This document shows, in pieces, positions 13,228 to 28,131 of a DNA stretch of 64,000 nucleotides. Location of the stretch: NCBI GenBank assembly GCA_964016885.1, contig OZ024745.1:62186001-62250000 (forward strand), read 5' to 3'. The DNA comes from Eledone cirrhosa (Eukaryota). The notes beneath the pieces are model-generated. The model searched no databases. It was not told the origin of the DNA and worked only from the letters and a program-made list of their open reading frames with translations. Both the position numbers and the translations under genes were made by a program. Positions within the stretch are counted from its first letter, which is position 1; each line of letters opens with the position of its first letter.

Positions 13228-13423
13228 CATATATTTTGATTATGTGAATATCTTCTTTTGTTAATATTTTGAATAATATTAAAACCTCCAGGAAAACCTA
13301 CTGTTGAGTGCTTTTAATTTATTGTAAAACTGTATTCATTGAGTCATCAATGAACCATATTAATCTTTGGTTATATATATATATATATATATATATTATT
13401 ATTAAGGCTAAATATTGGGCCTT

Positions 13424-13509
13424 GTTACTCTGGAGTTTCGCCTGTTTAACACAGTGTCATCAGACGTCTGATGACACTGTCGTAAACAGGCGAAACACCA
13501 GTGACAGAC
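13424..13509. ncRNA. Head-to-head pair of hammerhead cores forming a loopless palindrome
   Basis: Centre gac|gtc at 13465/13466. Minus: CTGATGA..ctgt/acag..GAAA-ctc-ca-gag-TA. Plus: CTGATGA(13468)..GAAA(13492)-cac-ca-gtg-AC (degenerate). Confidence 0.65.
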
Positions 13510-14286
13510 GGAACGTCAGTGGCACGTTGGTGAAGGAATCCCGCAGTGCGGCGTGGCTACTGCAGCGGTTGTTGCTGGCTATTGGCTGCGGAAATGCCTT
13601 TCCAGTTTTGTCTGCGGGGCGAAACCGAAACAAAGCCCCAACCTAGGTGTAGAGAATGCCACCCTCTCCAGTCCCCCCTCGTTCTCCCTTGCCCTTTCCT
13701 TATAGTCCTTGCTATTTCACTTCTTTTCTTTTCTATGTCATATATATATATCCAGATCTGCACTTTTCCACCCCTTCCCCCATTTGTTTCATTACTTAAA
13801 TTTGTTTTTATCCTTTTATAATATTTCCCATCATTGTATAGCTTTTGTTTTAACATATAGTTGCTATGTTCAAATGAACGACATATTGTGAAAGAAATTA
13901 AGAAAGAACTGAACATGAGATATTAATCCGCCAAAGCTTATGAAAAATAGAAAGGCATAATCGACTATACACCATAGAGTTGTGTCAATTATTAAGACCA
14001 AGATATTCGGTGAACACTTTTAACACTTTATTGTATACAATAAAAGAATACAACAATGAATGGAAAGCATATGTGTGTTATAAATGGATTTCATAACTCT
14101 CCCACCAGGAAGTTTTTTGTTCCAACATACGATCCCTTTTCAAGTCGCATGCCAAGTCATTACTACGCTATCCCCCACTCCACTCTAATATAGTGCGCTT
14201 TTATCCTACTTCTCTCACTGTTTCTGCCTGTCTGCCTGTCGTCTCTCTCTCTTTCTGTGTGTGTCTCTCTCTCTTTATATATATAT

Positions 14287-14382
14287 GACCCCGCCAAAAT
14301 GTATACACACTTCAACAGCATTCTAATAAATATTACCTGGATAGGTAATCAAAGTGTGTATACATTTTTGGGACAACCCATA
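14287..14382. mobile_element. MITE, Tc1/mariner-type
   Basis: Inverted ends ccaaaatgtatacacac / gtgtgtatacatttttgg, ~95 bp, TA context. Same family as 14980 and 21998. Confidence 0.65.
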
Positions 14383-14979
14383 TACATACATATGTATATA
14401 TATATATATATATATACATATGTGTGTGTGTGTGTGTGTGTACATATATATTTATATATATATATATATGCATTTATAGATTAGAAGTTACCAGTTTAGA
14501 CTAATAAAATCATATTTTAACTTAGTGCACGATACTAAAGAAAGTGGAATGTAGGTATTGCACTGCGTTTCTGCCCAACGGCAAGAACTCAGCCGTCGGG
14601 CATTTACATATAGCAAGCGAAGGCAGAGAAATCAAACACAAATTCAAATCATAATACAGTCAACATTGAAAATAACATTTCGGTCGTTATGGAGAGGTAT
14701 GTAGGAGAAAAAGGAAACGAAGAAAAAGTGAGTAACACGTTTGGAGATCATTGTTAAGAAATGTTTGTGAAGTGAGGGACAAGAGGTCAAACGCTATGTA
14801 AGGTGGAATATATTAGTGATAAGAGAACTACAGAAAGTATCAAAATCATGAGTGGAAAAGTGGGGTGAATGCAAGTGCAGCTAGGTTTATGGGTGTTGTG
14901 TTCAATCTATCTGGGTTAGGGGTGTGTAAACGTAAGATGAATTGACTGTTATGAAAAAAGAACGTTATTCGATGGTTTG

Positions 14980-15084
14980 TAGAGGATGTCCCCCCAATAT
15001 GCATATACACTTCAGCAGCATTCTAATAAACATTGCATGTACAGTTAATAAATGTGTGTATACATATTTTAGGAACACCCTGTA
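14980..15084. mobile_element. MITE, Tc1/mariner-type
   Basis: Ends in ...gtgtgtatacatattttaggaacaccctg-TA (CAGGGTG-type terminus with TA). The left TIR is degenerate. Confidence 0.7.
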
Positions 15085-15711
15085 AATGTACATATATTTA
15101 TATGAGGGTGGAGGGTAGATCACGAGTAAAATGGGGAGGTAACCACGCTTACAAAGGATATTCAATAAATTAGTAGAGTGTAGGAATCATTATATATACT
15201 AACAGAAAAACCACCCTTCGGGTTGTTTTCTGCTAGCATGTGTAGTGTGTATATTGATATTATACGCAGGTATATATATGTAGATATGATACATCAAATA
15301 AAATCGTAATTGACAATATACACAGAAATTGAAGAGAGTCTGTTTACACATTATATATAAACTGCATTAGGAGAAAATTAGTGACAGAAAATTAATATGT
15401 TTATTTAAGTGATGGCCACCGGAAGTGTTGACATTTGAAAATTTGAAAGAAGTGAATTTTTAAATAAATAATAAAATATATTTAATGAACAGCCACGAAA
15501 TTTAGTAGATAAATTATGTAATATTCATTCATTATTTATTCAAAGTAATCCAACTTACTTTTCTAATGGGATAAAAAATTATAAACCGTACGCGTATTAT
15601 AGTTTATATATATATATATATATGTAAAAAGGTAAACAGAAATAACAACACAATTAGTACAGTATATGGAATGGATATATTAAGTCAACGCTTGATATAG
15701 CAGGAAGAGGG

Positions 15712-15747
15712 TCTTAACGTTTCAGACGCTAGGCCTTCATCAAAAGA
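15712..15747 (-). ncRNA. Minimal hammerhead motif (C3U variant) in a PLE 3' remnant
   Basis: Minus strand: tctt-TTGATGA-aggc/gtct-GAAA-cg-TT-aaga. Confidence 0.55.
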
Positions 15748-17409
15748 AAGAATGAGAAATAAGATAGATCGAGGGGACGGGCGGGTTGGAATTGGAAAAA
15801 ATATATACTTTTATGCAATTGTATGTACTTGTGTGTGTGTTTGAAAATATATACAGTGAGATATAATTATTTCTATATGACAGTAGTTTTACCGTTTCTC
15901 AATATTAAACAGTTTTCAATGTATACGTTTTATCTTTCAAGTTCTATTCCTTAATGTTATAATTTTTGTATGGAAATAGAGGGAAATATTGCTATTATTA
16001 TTTTTATCAAATATCCTCTGGTAAAAAAATATGTTCTGCTTCTGTCACTTGCAAATATCACGCTTTTATCTGCTTTGTGTCCGTTAGCGCTTGGTTATCT
16101 CAAATTTACAGAATTTATATAATGTAAAGCATATATTATATAAACATGCAGCGCTAAAATGTCTATAGTGAAAGCTATTCAACTTCTACAGCTTTATATC
16201 CTGCTAGCCATATAGCAATAAAAAAAAAATACAAACATTTTTGCTGACTTTTGTACTTTTGTATTTAATCCTTAACTTGTGTCTGTTTTCTCTTCTGATT
16301 TTTTTTTGTTAACGCTCATTTCCATTTTATTTTACTTTAGATTGTTTGATTTAGCGGCACTTTGTCTACATTTTCGTGGGGAATACTGCAATATGTGTCA
16401 TTCTAAAAAGAATTGATCTAATCACTATTCAATCTAAAATTTCAATATCATTTGAAACCGAGCGAAAAATGCAAATGGCCTGTTTGAAATTCTTAGTGTA
16501 TCACTTCATTGTCAAATATATCTCTTACTGTTATAGCCCGTTTCGAAGATTTAACATAAAGTATCAGAAGATTGATTGAGATACGTTGATGCATGCGATA
16601 GAGAAATGTGTGAGAAAAAAAAAAAACAGAAGGCATGTAGGAAGATTTGACGCAGTTATATCTTAGGGCATGGGAATGGTAAAAATATAAATTAAAAGAT
16701 GAATGTTCAACAATGCCGCCACTATTGCAACAATTGAATTGAGATGGGAACATGAGATCGAGAATGTGAGGAAACATATACAAAGCAACAAAACCCATAC
16801 AACGGGTCAAATGACGTGAGAGGAAGATAAAATAGCTAAAACGTCACCAGTGGTAGATACCCGATTGTTTAAGGCCACATACGCTGGTTCTTGTACATGC
16901 AGACTATTTCGGAGTATTAATGAACTATACATACAGATTCCTTATGCATATGTCAGTGTCATATTAATATTTTGCTGTTAAAACACGTATTAAACTTTTG
17001 AAGTTTTCTTTTTCTAGTTAAGTTTATATAACAATATAGGAATTATTTGTTTATACAGGTGTAGTAAGCACGCATAAAGAGTTTTAATTGTTTTACTTCA
17101 TGTTAGTAATGCATATAATGATTGGGTGAATTCACAAATCAATTTTAATAAATGCATAAATACTATTTTGATACCCAATGCGATTTATTTAGTCGATAGA
17201 ATGTGGGATCATATCAGGCAACTACAAAGAATATTAACTAAAATACTTCAGAAATGTTCTCATTCTATAAAGCCGAATCTGGAAATGCTCTAAATCGGTT
17301 AGTTAATTCTAGCTCTCAAGATTACTACATTAATTTCATTGCTGATATTATATCCTCTAATGGATATATACTATCTGAATGTAATCTAATCCTTCATTGC
17401 CCTCCTGAC

Positions 17410-17890
17410 TGACCAGGTAAAACTGGTTTACGCGACGGGCGTGATTTGGCTGATATACTTTCTGCCAAACAATTTCGGCATAAGTGCTCAGAATAGGGTA
17501 TAGATGTGTACAAAGTCTTTGTCGATCTCAACAAAACATTTGGCATAGTGAAGATGGAGGCTCTGTGGAGAACATTGGAGATGATTGGGTGCTCTGAACA
17601 ATTTCTGAGTATTCTAAAAAGGTTTCATGGTGGTATGGATTCTCGCATAAATGTTGGTGGCAAGTTGTCTGAACCCATAAATGTCTAGAATGGAGGGAAG
17701 CAGGGAAGTATTCTTGTTCAAACACACTTTGCTTTGTATTTCGCAATGGTATTTTGAATGGCTTTCTGTGACTGTAAGCATGTTGTTCATCGCAGCTATC
17801 GAAAAGCTGGAAATATCTTCAGTATCAGACGTAGGAAGGCAAAAACAATGCTTTCGAAAAGGCTTGCACTGATATGGGGCTGACAATAAT
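17410..17890 (+). pseudogene. RTE-clade LINE reverse transcriptase fragment
   Basis: YKVFVDLNKTFGIVKMEALWRTLEMIGCSEQFLSILKRFHGGM...V*NGGKQG matches the degenerate RT motifs FVDL.KAFD and GVKQG. Confidence 0.8.
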
Positions 17891-20387
17891 GATCAAGAAG
17901 ACGGTGAGGCTGCTGCTATCTGTACCTGGCAAGCTCTATAGATATATCTAATATATGCGTATAAAAGACGGTTTGGCGTAGTAGAAACGTTTGTTTGCGT
18001 TGGAAGCATAGCGATAATGTGTAGCAACTTGAAGTGTATTTGTGAATTAAGAATGTAACTCATACTTTTGTCAAGTTAAAGGCACATCATTTCCCATTTG
18101 AGCTAACTCCGTATCAGTTGCGGTGAAGATTGTTTGCGTATTCAGGCATCACGTCCTACTGATAATATATCTTTCATATACAATTTATATAAACAAATAT
18201 TCGGTAAAATAAGGTTTAGATACAACAAACACTGTGAATCTTAATTTCAATATCTATCTATTGTAATATATTTACCTAATGTCGATCTACACAGAGTTGC
18301 TATTGTCAGGCCTTCGTTGAGAAAGTGGTCGCCCAAAGCTACGTTTTATTGATTCATTTAATGTTTTTCATTTAAACGATATATAATTTAATGTTTACAG
18401 TAAACAATATTTGTGGTTAGTTTTTCCATGTACTGATGATTGATGATCAGGCAATGCGTATTACCTTGTAGTTGGTGATTGTTCCTTTGTTTTCTTCTTG
18501 TAAACAGATTCCATGTTACGATAGACATATATATTACGATATTAGTAGACATTCAGTGCATGAAATGCTTGTTTTATTAAGCCGTAATTATATGAAAAAT
18601 TATCTAAATGATTTGCAATTTCAATATTCTTTTTGTTGAACACTAATAAGAGTTGTAAAAGTCGAAAAATATCGTAAGGACGAATTCCAGGGCGAGCGTA
18701 TCTTATATAATATTATACGTGATGTGTATAGTCCTAGAAATGTTAGTTGCAATTTCAGTGAACTTATCATTAAGGGAATAGTAAAAAACAATATAAATAT
18801 AGCAAATTAATTATACCCATGAATTTTTACAGTGAAAAATGCTACCGATTCTGTAAGCGTAACGAGGAACCAAGCATATTTGTTTAACATATTTAAGTGT
18901 ATTCAGGTATTGCCAGCAGGTACATCACCACTCCATCTTCAGAATATACGATATGGTCAAAGCGTGCTGTATTAATGTACATAGGAGTCGAGTTTCTAAC
19001 GAAAGTTAAGTTGAAATTTCATTTATTTCAATTCACTTTTACTATGAAAGTATCCACAAACATACCCACTCCCGCATCCCATAGATTCATTAATGTATGA
19101 TATTTACCAGGTTTCAGGTTTTCAATAGATATTTAAGATCCCATGTACTCAACCATACAAAATAGTCAGAAGCAATTCACAATTATTTCACTGTAAATGT
19201 AATTACAGAAGTAAAGTCCCCTATGCTGAGAATAAATGCCTCGAAAATGACAGGACATAGAGAGCCAATAGTTTAGACAGCGATGAGAACGAAGTAAAAT
19301 CGTTTATTCACAGCCAGTTTATTATGGTGCGTGGTATAGAAAGAAACGCACAACTATAACACAGTCATCTTCATTTCCACTCAAAATACAAGGCATGCAG
19401 AAGCAAGTGTACATTATACACACGCGAAAATCTTACAACATTAATTCTGCAGATACACGTCCGAAACAAATTGGAAGAAAAAGTAATAATTTTACTCAAA
19501 ATATACAATATCACTTCGCAAAAATGCTCCATAAATATCATTGTTCAGGACACATTCCAACTGACGATTGGATAACAAATTGCTTATTCCCACTACTTTC
19601 ATATATTCCCCATTTCCCCCAACTTATTCTTGTCCACTTCAGAGACAGCTACTTAGTTGTTTGCAAATGCCGTTTTTACCCTCCTCCTACATCAATTCAA
19701 TACACCTTGCACGGCTTTTTTTCGCTCTTCTCCGTTCTTTTCCGTCACCTACCTCGCCATTATATTTGCACCTCCCTAAAACCACCTTTAAATCTTTCTG
19801 TTTGTTTTCCTTCGTATTCTCCTTAATCATATCACTGTTGTACCAACCATCACCACAGAAAATCTCTGATGATACACAAGTGAGTGAGACATCCTCTTTA
19901 CATCAGTTTGCAATGTTTGCCTCACAATATGGCTATTGCAAACGTTGGTATATAATAAAATATACTTAGTCATGGATGTTAATTCTTGAACCGTAATGCA
20001 TAGCTGCTAGTGTAAAACGTTGCGAATGACATCCAAGTTTTGCAGTTTAATTGGACACGAATACTAGAAATGTAATATATTCCTGTGTAATATAGAAGCA
20101 TTCCTCCAGCGACCATGTTACATAAGTATTGAGGCTTCTCGATTCTCTATTTACCACTTTACTTCAATATATTAGAACTTTGGTATCTAAGGATTATATT
20201 CCCAAATGTACAGATCATTTGTCCAGAAAATATGCCGATAATTATACACTGTTTATTCTGTACTCAAGCAAACTATTTATGTGTCTCAAACATTGGTTTG
20301 CTGCTAATATCAACACCGTATATACCCGGTCATGTATTCAATATACAGCATACGAAACGAGTCTATTCCTCGCTCATTATATTTCAG

Positions 20388-20572
20388 ATTGGCAGTATCG
20401 GTAGAGAGTCGGACACCATGCTTTGACGCATAGAGTTACGGCCCTTTCCATTCTGAGTTCAAACCCCGCCGAGGTCAACTTTGCATTTCATCCTTACGGG
20501 GTTGATAAAATAAAGTACCAGTAATGTACTGGGTAATTGCTGGTCTTGTGCCAAAAGAAGAAACAATTATAT
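20388..20572 (+). mobile_element. tRNA-derived SINE copy
   Basis: Co-linear with 8072-8293. Confidence 0.85.
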
Positions 20573-21439
20573 TTCAGACTCAACTCATATATGAGGCGTT
20601 GCAGAAGGCTCCACAGTCAGAGTAATGTGTTATAATCACCTGAGTGACAACAATGAGAGAACATATCATTATCTGACAAATAGGCTCTAACACTTGCTAA
20701 ATACCACATATACATTTGAGCAACACCTTCAATTCACTCTACATAAATAGTCGCTTAGATTACGACCTGATCATTGGATCTCAGAAACATTTTAGAAATG
20801 AAGTTATTGACAACGGTATTCCAGTCATCTATTTTATAACAATTTGAACGATAGTGGCCCTATATAACTTCTTAAATGAGCACATATACGAGGAAATGAT
20901 CTTAGTGAATGTTAACCTCGTTCTCACACGCATTATAGGACCATCCTAGAGTTGATCTCCAACATCTCATTGTTGTTACCTTATATCATGCATTTTCTGT
21001 TATATTACCATTCACCTATTTTGGATTGTTATACACAGGAAAGCAGGGGCGATACAAAGTATGAAAGTGTGAATATTCCAATACGAATGTGTCTTGAAAC
21101 AAACACAATGACAATTCACTTGCATGACGTAACGTTACTTCTTCAGTAAACTTCCTTATATTAAATTTCTGTCTATAACAGCGTTACCAGATTAATTCTA
21201 TATTAACATCATGTCAACTCTAAATGTCTGGTGAGTAAGCACATGATCATTTCCCTTCGAATATATTGTATGCTAATGTACGCCTTCACTGAAAGTGACG
21301 GTGCGATGTTTGAATCGTGTTTGTTTTCGCTCTTGTCCATAATTTGTTTATATTCTATCTAATAAACTGTGCACATCTCCACGGCACCATACTCACAATC
21401 ATATATACATATAAACACACGCGCACACAAGTGTATATG

Positions 21440-21771
<332 letters not shown>

Positions 21772-21997
21772 CGTGGGACAGCTGGGAGAAAGGGAGAGAG
21801 AGAGGGGGAAGGGGACATATGGGAGAGGGGGAGAGGGAACAAAGATGGTCATGGAAGCAAACAGTATATCTAATATAATGCAAACAATTATATAGAGTTT
21901 ATTATAATGTTGTATGCAATACTAATATTTATTACATTAATTACCGTTTATTATCACACAGTAGAATGTTGAAGTATTTTTCTCCGATTATCTCTTG

Positions 21998-22053
21998 TAC
22001 AGCGTGTCCCAAAAATGTATACACACTTCAACAGGATTCTAATAAATATTGCC
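21998..22053. mobile_element. Half MITE (same family as 14287 and 14980)
   Basis: TA-cagcgtgtcccaaaaatgtatacacacttcaacaggattctaataaatattg. Confidence 0.65.
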
Positions 22054-22574
22054 TTTTCTTGTATACTATATTTGTTTACAATATTTGTATATAAATAAAA
22101 ATATTGTTAATGTAAATAAATGCGATCTAATATTTGACTTTAACTTAGTAAGATACGATAGTATACGATGAAAGATCGCCAGCGTTTAGGTGTTATTTTT
22201 TTATGTAAGAATGCTATCAATTGTCTCGTGATATGTTACATAGGTGTTTCGCAGAATATCATTCCTAGATATTTAATATAATATATGCATAACTTGTTTG
22301 CACCGTATTGCCCTATGTTTCCAATCGGAGGACTCTGTATTCTTATTTGCGCGAGTACAGGTTTTGCTGTTCTCATCAAAAGACACTCTCGTGTTGTTGT
22401 TCTCTCTCATATGTAAATTGCTGGTGGTGAGCTCTAAAATGTCGAGCAATGATAACCTTATGAACAAAACTGCATTGCCAAGGCAGTTACTGATGTGGTA
22501 AATTGTTTATATCTATCTAACTATTTCTCTCTCCTTCCCTCCCTCCCTGTCTATCTGTTTGCCCCCCCCCCTCA

Positions 22575-22606
<32 letters not shown>

Positions 22607-22669
22607 TGTTTATATCTATCTATCTATTTCTCTCTCCCTCCCTGTCTGTCTGTCTATCTGTCTGCCCCA

Positions 22670-22701
<32 letters not shown>

Positions 22702-22716
22702 GTGTGTGAATGTGTG

Positions 22717-22790
22717 CGCATCGGTAGGGGTTCTCCTACATGGATATAAAGTAGTGGCAGTACTCGAAAACGAATTGGCAGCCATCATAT
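22717..22790 (+). repeat. Short dispersed repeat between microsatellites (second copy 35538-35610)
   Basis: gcgcatcggtaggggttctcctacatggatataaagtagtggcagtactcgaaaacgaattggcagcca is nearly identical in both places. Confidence 0.8.
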
Positions 22791-23492
22791 ATATATACTT
22801 TCAAACGTGCAAACATAATTATATATTATATAATAAATATTTATGCATAGAGTGATATATATTACAACATTTCTCATAAACACATTTGTGATATTATTAC
22901 ATTCAACAGCCTCATTGTTAAATGTTATCCAGCTGTGAAAATAATTTTGTTATCTTCCTTGTACAGAGACCCACTAAGATATTACAGATAGATGTATCAC
23001 TGCTATCTGATTGAACCTTATATGACAAATGCACTTATACATGTCATATAAAAGAGAGAGATAAAGAAAGAGAGAGGAGGAGAGAAAGCGGGAGAGAGAG
23101 GGAGAGGGAGAGAGAATATATAGCCATTTATCCCAAGCATATTTATTGTTTTTGATATAAATAGCATTTGACCATCAATGCTCGTTTGTCTTTTAATTAA
23201 TGAAATTAATGAAACAAACAGCGACAAATATGCGTTATGCATCTTAGTCAGCCCCCGTTTCAATTGAGTCATAGTTTGTGTTATTTAATGAATCTTAATA
23301 TATAGCGCTAATTTAGGACAACACTTTAATTGACAAATAATAGGGAAACATATAAAGTCAATCTGTTCCTGTGTATAATAAAAGAACAGAATATTTTTCA
23401 CATTTGTTTAAAATTATTTGAGAGTGACCCTTATATTCTTTAGTAAGTTTTACATTAAATATATCTTAGATATTATAATATACTAGTTGTGC

Positions 23493-23555
<63 letters not shown>

Positions 23556-23607
23556 TATATATATATTACTTTATTATGCCGACGTTTTATGCTCATTATA
23601 CAATACT

Positions 23608-23748
23608 TAGTTACGGCTCTTTACGTTATGAGTTCAAATCCCACCTTTCATCCCTACGGGGTCGATAAAATAAAGCACCAGGATCGATTTAATTGACTTT
23701 CCCCTCCCCCCAAATTGCTGGCCTTGTGTCTATAATAGAAATAATTAT
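23608..23748 (+). mobile_element. tRNA-derived SINE, partial
   Basis: gagttcaaatccc..ctttcatccctacggggtcgataaa..tgctggccttgtg. Confidence 0.8.
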
Positions 23749-26700
23749 ACAATAATTCTAAGCTAAGTTTCCTAAATCGTATTAAAAACTTTCCTCCACA
23801 AGACAAATATTGCAACATAGTCAACCATATTCAATTATATGTCTAATATGAAACTCATCTTCCTCATGAGAAGACGTTCCACACAACCTAAAAATTATCT
23901 ATACAATTCTGCGAATAGATGACAAATTAGATGACCACTAACTATCGAAATAAGAAAATATGCCCATTAGACAATTGATGCGCGTTGAATCATTAATCCA
24001 CCAAGCTACTCTACTAATTCTCGATGACATAGCATCATCTAGATCATATATTGAAATGACGCCTGATATATTTTAGACCTGGCGTTTTACTCACAGATTG
24101 GCACACGTACAAAATAATTATCATAGATTTATCAAGACATATATACAATTATAAAAGTAATTATAACATCATTTGCTCTATACCAAATGTCTCTCTTAAA
24201 TAAAAACCCAGCTCAAGGTATCTGACCTCTGGATTGTGAAACATAATTGAGCATTAAGACATTTTCATTACGAAATTGTTAGCATGAAGATTCGCTCAAA
24301 CCACTGAACAAGACAGAAAAATCTAGAACATGAAATACATAATCGATAAACATGACTAACGAAGGAGAATGATGCAGAAGTGTACACAATTGCTTGCAAT
24401 ATATACAAATGTGTATAGCTCACTTTGTGAGTGGTATGCAGATGACGATTACTGCATTTTTCATAACAGTGCCATATCCTCAAAACACCGATATTTACCG
24501 GGCCGCTAGCATTTAAATGGCTCTATAAGCGGGGCATCAGAGCAGATATTTTCTCCCAAGTATGATACTGAAAACGAGTAATGTACCCCTGATCATAACT
24601 ATTATTGTGTCAGGTCAGACCAATTTGTGAACGAGAATTGTTTTCCACAAACATAACAAATATAGTTACTTGTGTTTTCTACCTTTCGCAAGGAACGGCA
24701 TGTTCAATACGCTTTGCCTCAAAATTCTCGCAACTATTTTACATCATATTCCACCAGCCTATTCTGTTCTGTGCTTAGGATTCCCAATTTCTAATGTCAA
24801 TACCCAGAATCTTCCAATTATCCTTAACTACATGTTGAAATTGCTTCTTTGTCTATGGACTTGATCTTTTTTTATTTGAAAAAAGCTTCGTACAATCTGG
24901 CAACCTCTTAATACTTTCACAGCCAGCTTTCCTCAATACTTCCGTAGCTGGTGTCAAAGATGCCCAATTAACCCATACGTGTTGCTTTAGTTTTCCTAAC
25001 GGTGAAGTGTCGTAGTGAAATCTCTGATGGATTTCCGCATCAATTGATCAAACTTAACTGATAATACATGCATAACTACACACTCACACACATACATATA
25101 TACATACAGACATACATGCGTGCATGCATGTATGCTTACATACACACATACCTACCTAGATACATACATCTAAGTATTTACTTGACTGAATTACCGAATG
25201 AATTACCGCAATGTACTAAAAGATTCTGTCAATTTCCCCGCCTCTATAAATATGTTATAATGTTATAGGATGTATGAAATAACTGCATACATATTTTGGC
25301 AACTTCTTAAATATTGAATTGTATGTAGATAAAATATCTTCAGGTAGATCTATCGTTCCCATATATTTCATTGAAGAATTAAATATATTTTGGTAAGGAA
25401 TTAATTCAGCTCCATACTTTTACCTAACAGCTTGCATGAAGTGCTTATCAATGATTTTCAGCAAGATAGTAAGTACGTAGTAAGCAGGTTAAGCGCATTT
25501 TACTCCGGTACATCTTCATTACATTGCCATCTACATAAGCGAGATACTATGGAGGAAAGAAAGGTTATATTATCAAACCAACAATAGAACAATGGTGAAA
25601 CAGCGCTGATAAAGATTCCGAATAACTAACTAGAAAACAATTCTTAAACGTTCATAAGTTCAAGAAGCAGCTGGGGTAAAATAACATTAACATGCATAGA
25701 ATGTACGAAATGACACGAAGAAAGAATATTGGCAACAAATGTAGAGCTAGTGGGGCTGAATGCAAATAGAACCTTGCTCCCTAACCACAAACGTGAAAAG
25801 TAAAGGATTTGTTTAATTACTATACCAGAAAATACACACTATGCTATTTAGGTCTTAAAGAGTATTTAGTCACGTGTTTCTTGGGTCACAATCACAGTTC
25901 TTTATATCATAGCCGCATGAAAACTCTATATCACATTTAAAGGGCAATTGTAAGTTTTTAGACACCGAACATGCCACCAGTAATTTATGGGGTGTGCCTG
26001 TGGAGACAAAGATATTCGGTAACATGTATAGATTTAGCAATTTCGGAGACACGGTCAATCATCACAATATCCACAAATCTACCCAAGCATTAAATCCAAA
26101 GAAGGAAATGCCAGTACATACCCAAATTATTCCTAAATAAATGTTAGGACGTCCCAACAATTTGATCCATGGCATATGAGTGTCGATTTTGAAAACTTTC
26201 GATGAACCAGGCCATTCTACTACTATTCAAAATAAGACACATACGATTTACTGAATGACAGATCGAACGAAGACGCGGAATCGGAAAGGAATCGGAAAGA
26301 AAAATCGGAAAGTTTGATAAAAAAAATAGTAACATCGTGCCATCTAATTCTAGGTTGTTAGGACATATATGAGAGTAATCAAGCAGAGTTTACGATTTTG
26401 TTTAGTTTCAGGTATGATCTCATCCAGCAAACCAGGATTTCATATTTCACTATAGGTTTTCTGTCATTTACTTTACATGTTTGCATAGAGATTAAATACC
26501 ATGTGCTTTGGAATTTCACACGTGATAATTGTAGAATTGATATTATAATCTAACAAATTATATGGCAGTAATCAATCAATAAAATGCCATCATCACTCTT
26601 GAAAGAATATCACCATATTTATATTCAATTATATTTTTTAAGATTTTATATAGAATTACAGATTTTGTTTATACTTTGTTTCAGCTATAGCACAATTTAC

Positions 26701-27391
26701 ACTTTGGTATAATTTTAATAAAGCTGGAAATGTGTTTAATTTCTTTATATTCAGTTTCTTGTTCTCATTGAAATTATATTATGTGATATTAAAAAAAGTC
26801 CTTATTGATTCCAGGCTCATTTGCATGTTTCGTGCAATTCATTTGTGATAATTCATATTTTTAATCATAAATTGCAAACTGTTGGAAACACTTTTATAAT
26901 TGTTACTCATAACTTTATAGCGCAGTTTAAAGGAGATATAACCACTGGCTACTTGAAATGTGAACGAGGTTTCAATATTCATTCGAAAACCTTCAGCTCA
27001 CATATTAAAACTGAGAGTGTATAAAATACACCTTCCTGCTAACAGCTTTTCTTTACTGGAAACATTTAGCGCTTATCTACAGGGTGAACCTGCTAAACAA
27101 TTCAAGAATAAATGTCATACGTAATAGTTGACATTACTACTCTAATAATGATATCGTTATATAGCTCAATGAGTAGTAAGTTTGCTGAGCTATCAATTAA
27201 TTTCTATTTCTGTTTCCACACATGTATTTCTCTGTGAGTATACTGAAATGTATATATAAAGGACGAAAAAAGAACGTCAGATACAACCAAGAGAAACTGA
27301 ATTATAGATATCTTTTTACAAATATGCATTCAAATTGTTTCTCATATTATCTCTACACAGATGTCCATACACATCTCTCTTTCTTGGTATG

Positions 27392-27437
<46 letters not shown>

Positions 27438-28097
27438 ATTTGCTTGAGATGCACTAGTGTATTATGTACAGAACCCCTTGCCAGGTCACGTAATAGCACA
27501 CTCTGGAATCCCTTAGTCTTTTACAAGATCTGCAAGTATGTCATCAACCGTATGTCACCACCTCAAAAAGAATGTCTCCCACTGCCGTCAACTGGCGAAC
27601 ACACAATCATCACTTAATACAATATATGCACCAAATGAGACAGCAAACCACCACCAGCCCAAAACACAGAGACAACAATAAAAATACAGTAAACTGCAAG
27701 AAACCCTTCCTACCAAGCACACCACTACCAACAACAAAACTGCAGGCAACAATACAAACAGCAACACACGGAGCATACAACAAACTACAAGCGACAACAA
27801 CAATACTTCAAACATACACCTGCCATCCACAGCCACCACCTCCCCCGCCGCAACCCACACGTTACAGATCTCAGGGGAATATACACCGCGAAAGAGTCAG
27901 CGCTGCTGTAGCCACGTTTCTGCACGAGCCAAGGGATTCACATTTACGATGGATGAGTTGCATAACGTAGAGTGCTTTTCTTACTATTACATTATGGTTA
28001 ACTAAACGGAATGATCAATTCTACACATTGGTGAATATATGTATGTATAGTGTTAATGTGTGTATGTGTGTGTGAGAGAGGGAGAGAGAGAGAGAGA

Positions 28098-28131
<34 letters not shown>

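Larger units (their letters stand above)
12999..13372. mobile_element. Fold-back HHR element (family A-like)
   Basis: Arms ~12999-13116 and ~13162-13279, spacer with a duplicated gacatacctcta, tail 13280-13372, (TA)n flanks. Confidence 0.8.

Noticed and set aside
19865-19900. CTGATGA in a possible PLE UTR (also 44575-44590 and 56735-56750 on minus)
   Set aside because: GAAA and/or stem I missing, so too degenerate to call.
25500-26300. Possible decayed non-LTR fragments
   Set aside because: Motifs are too fragmentary to support a call.
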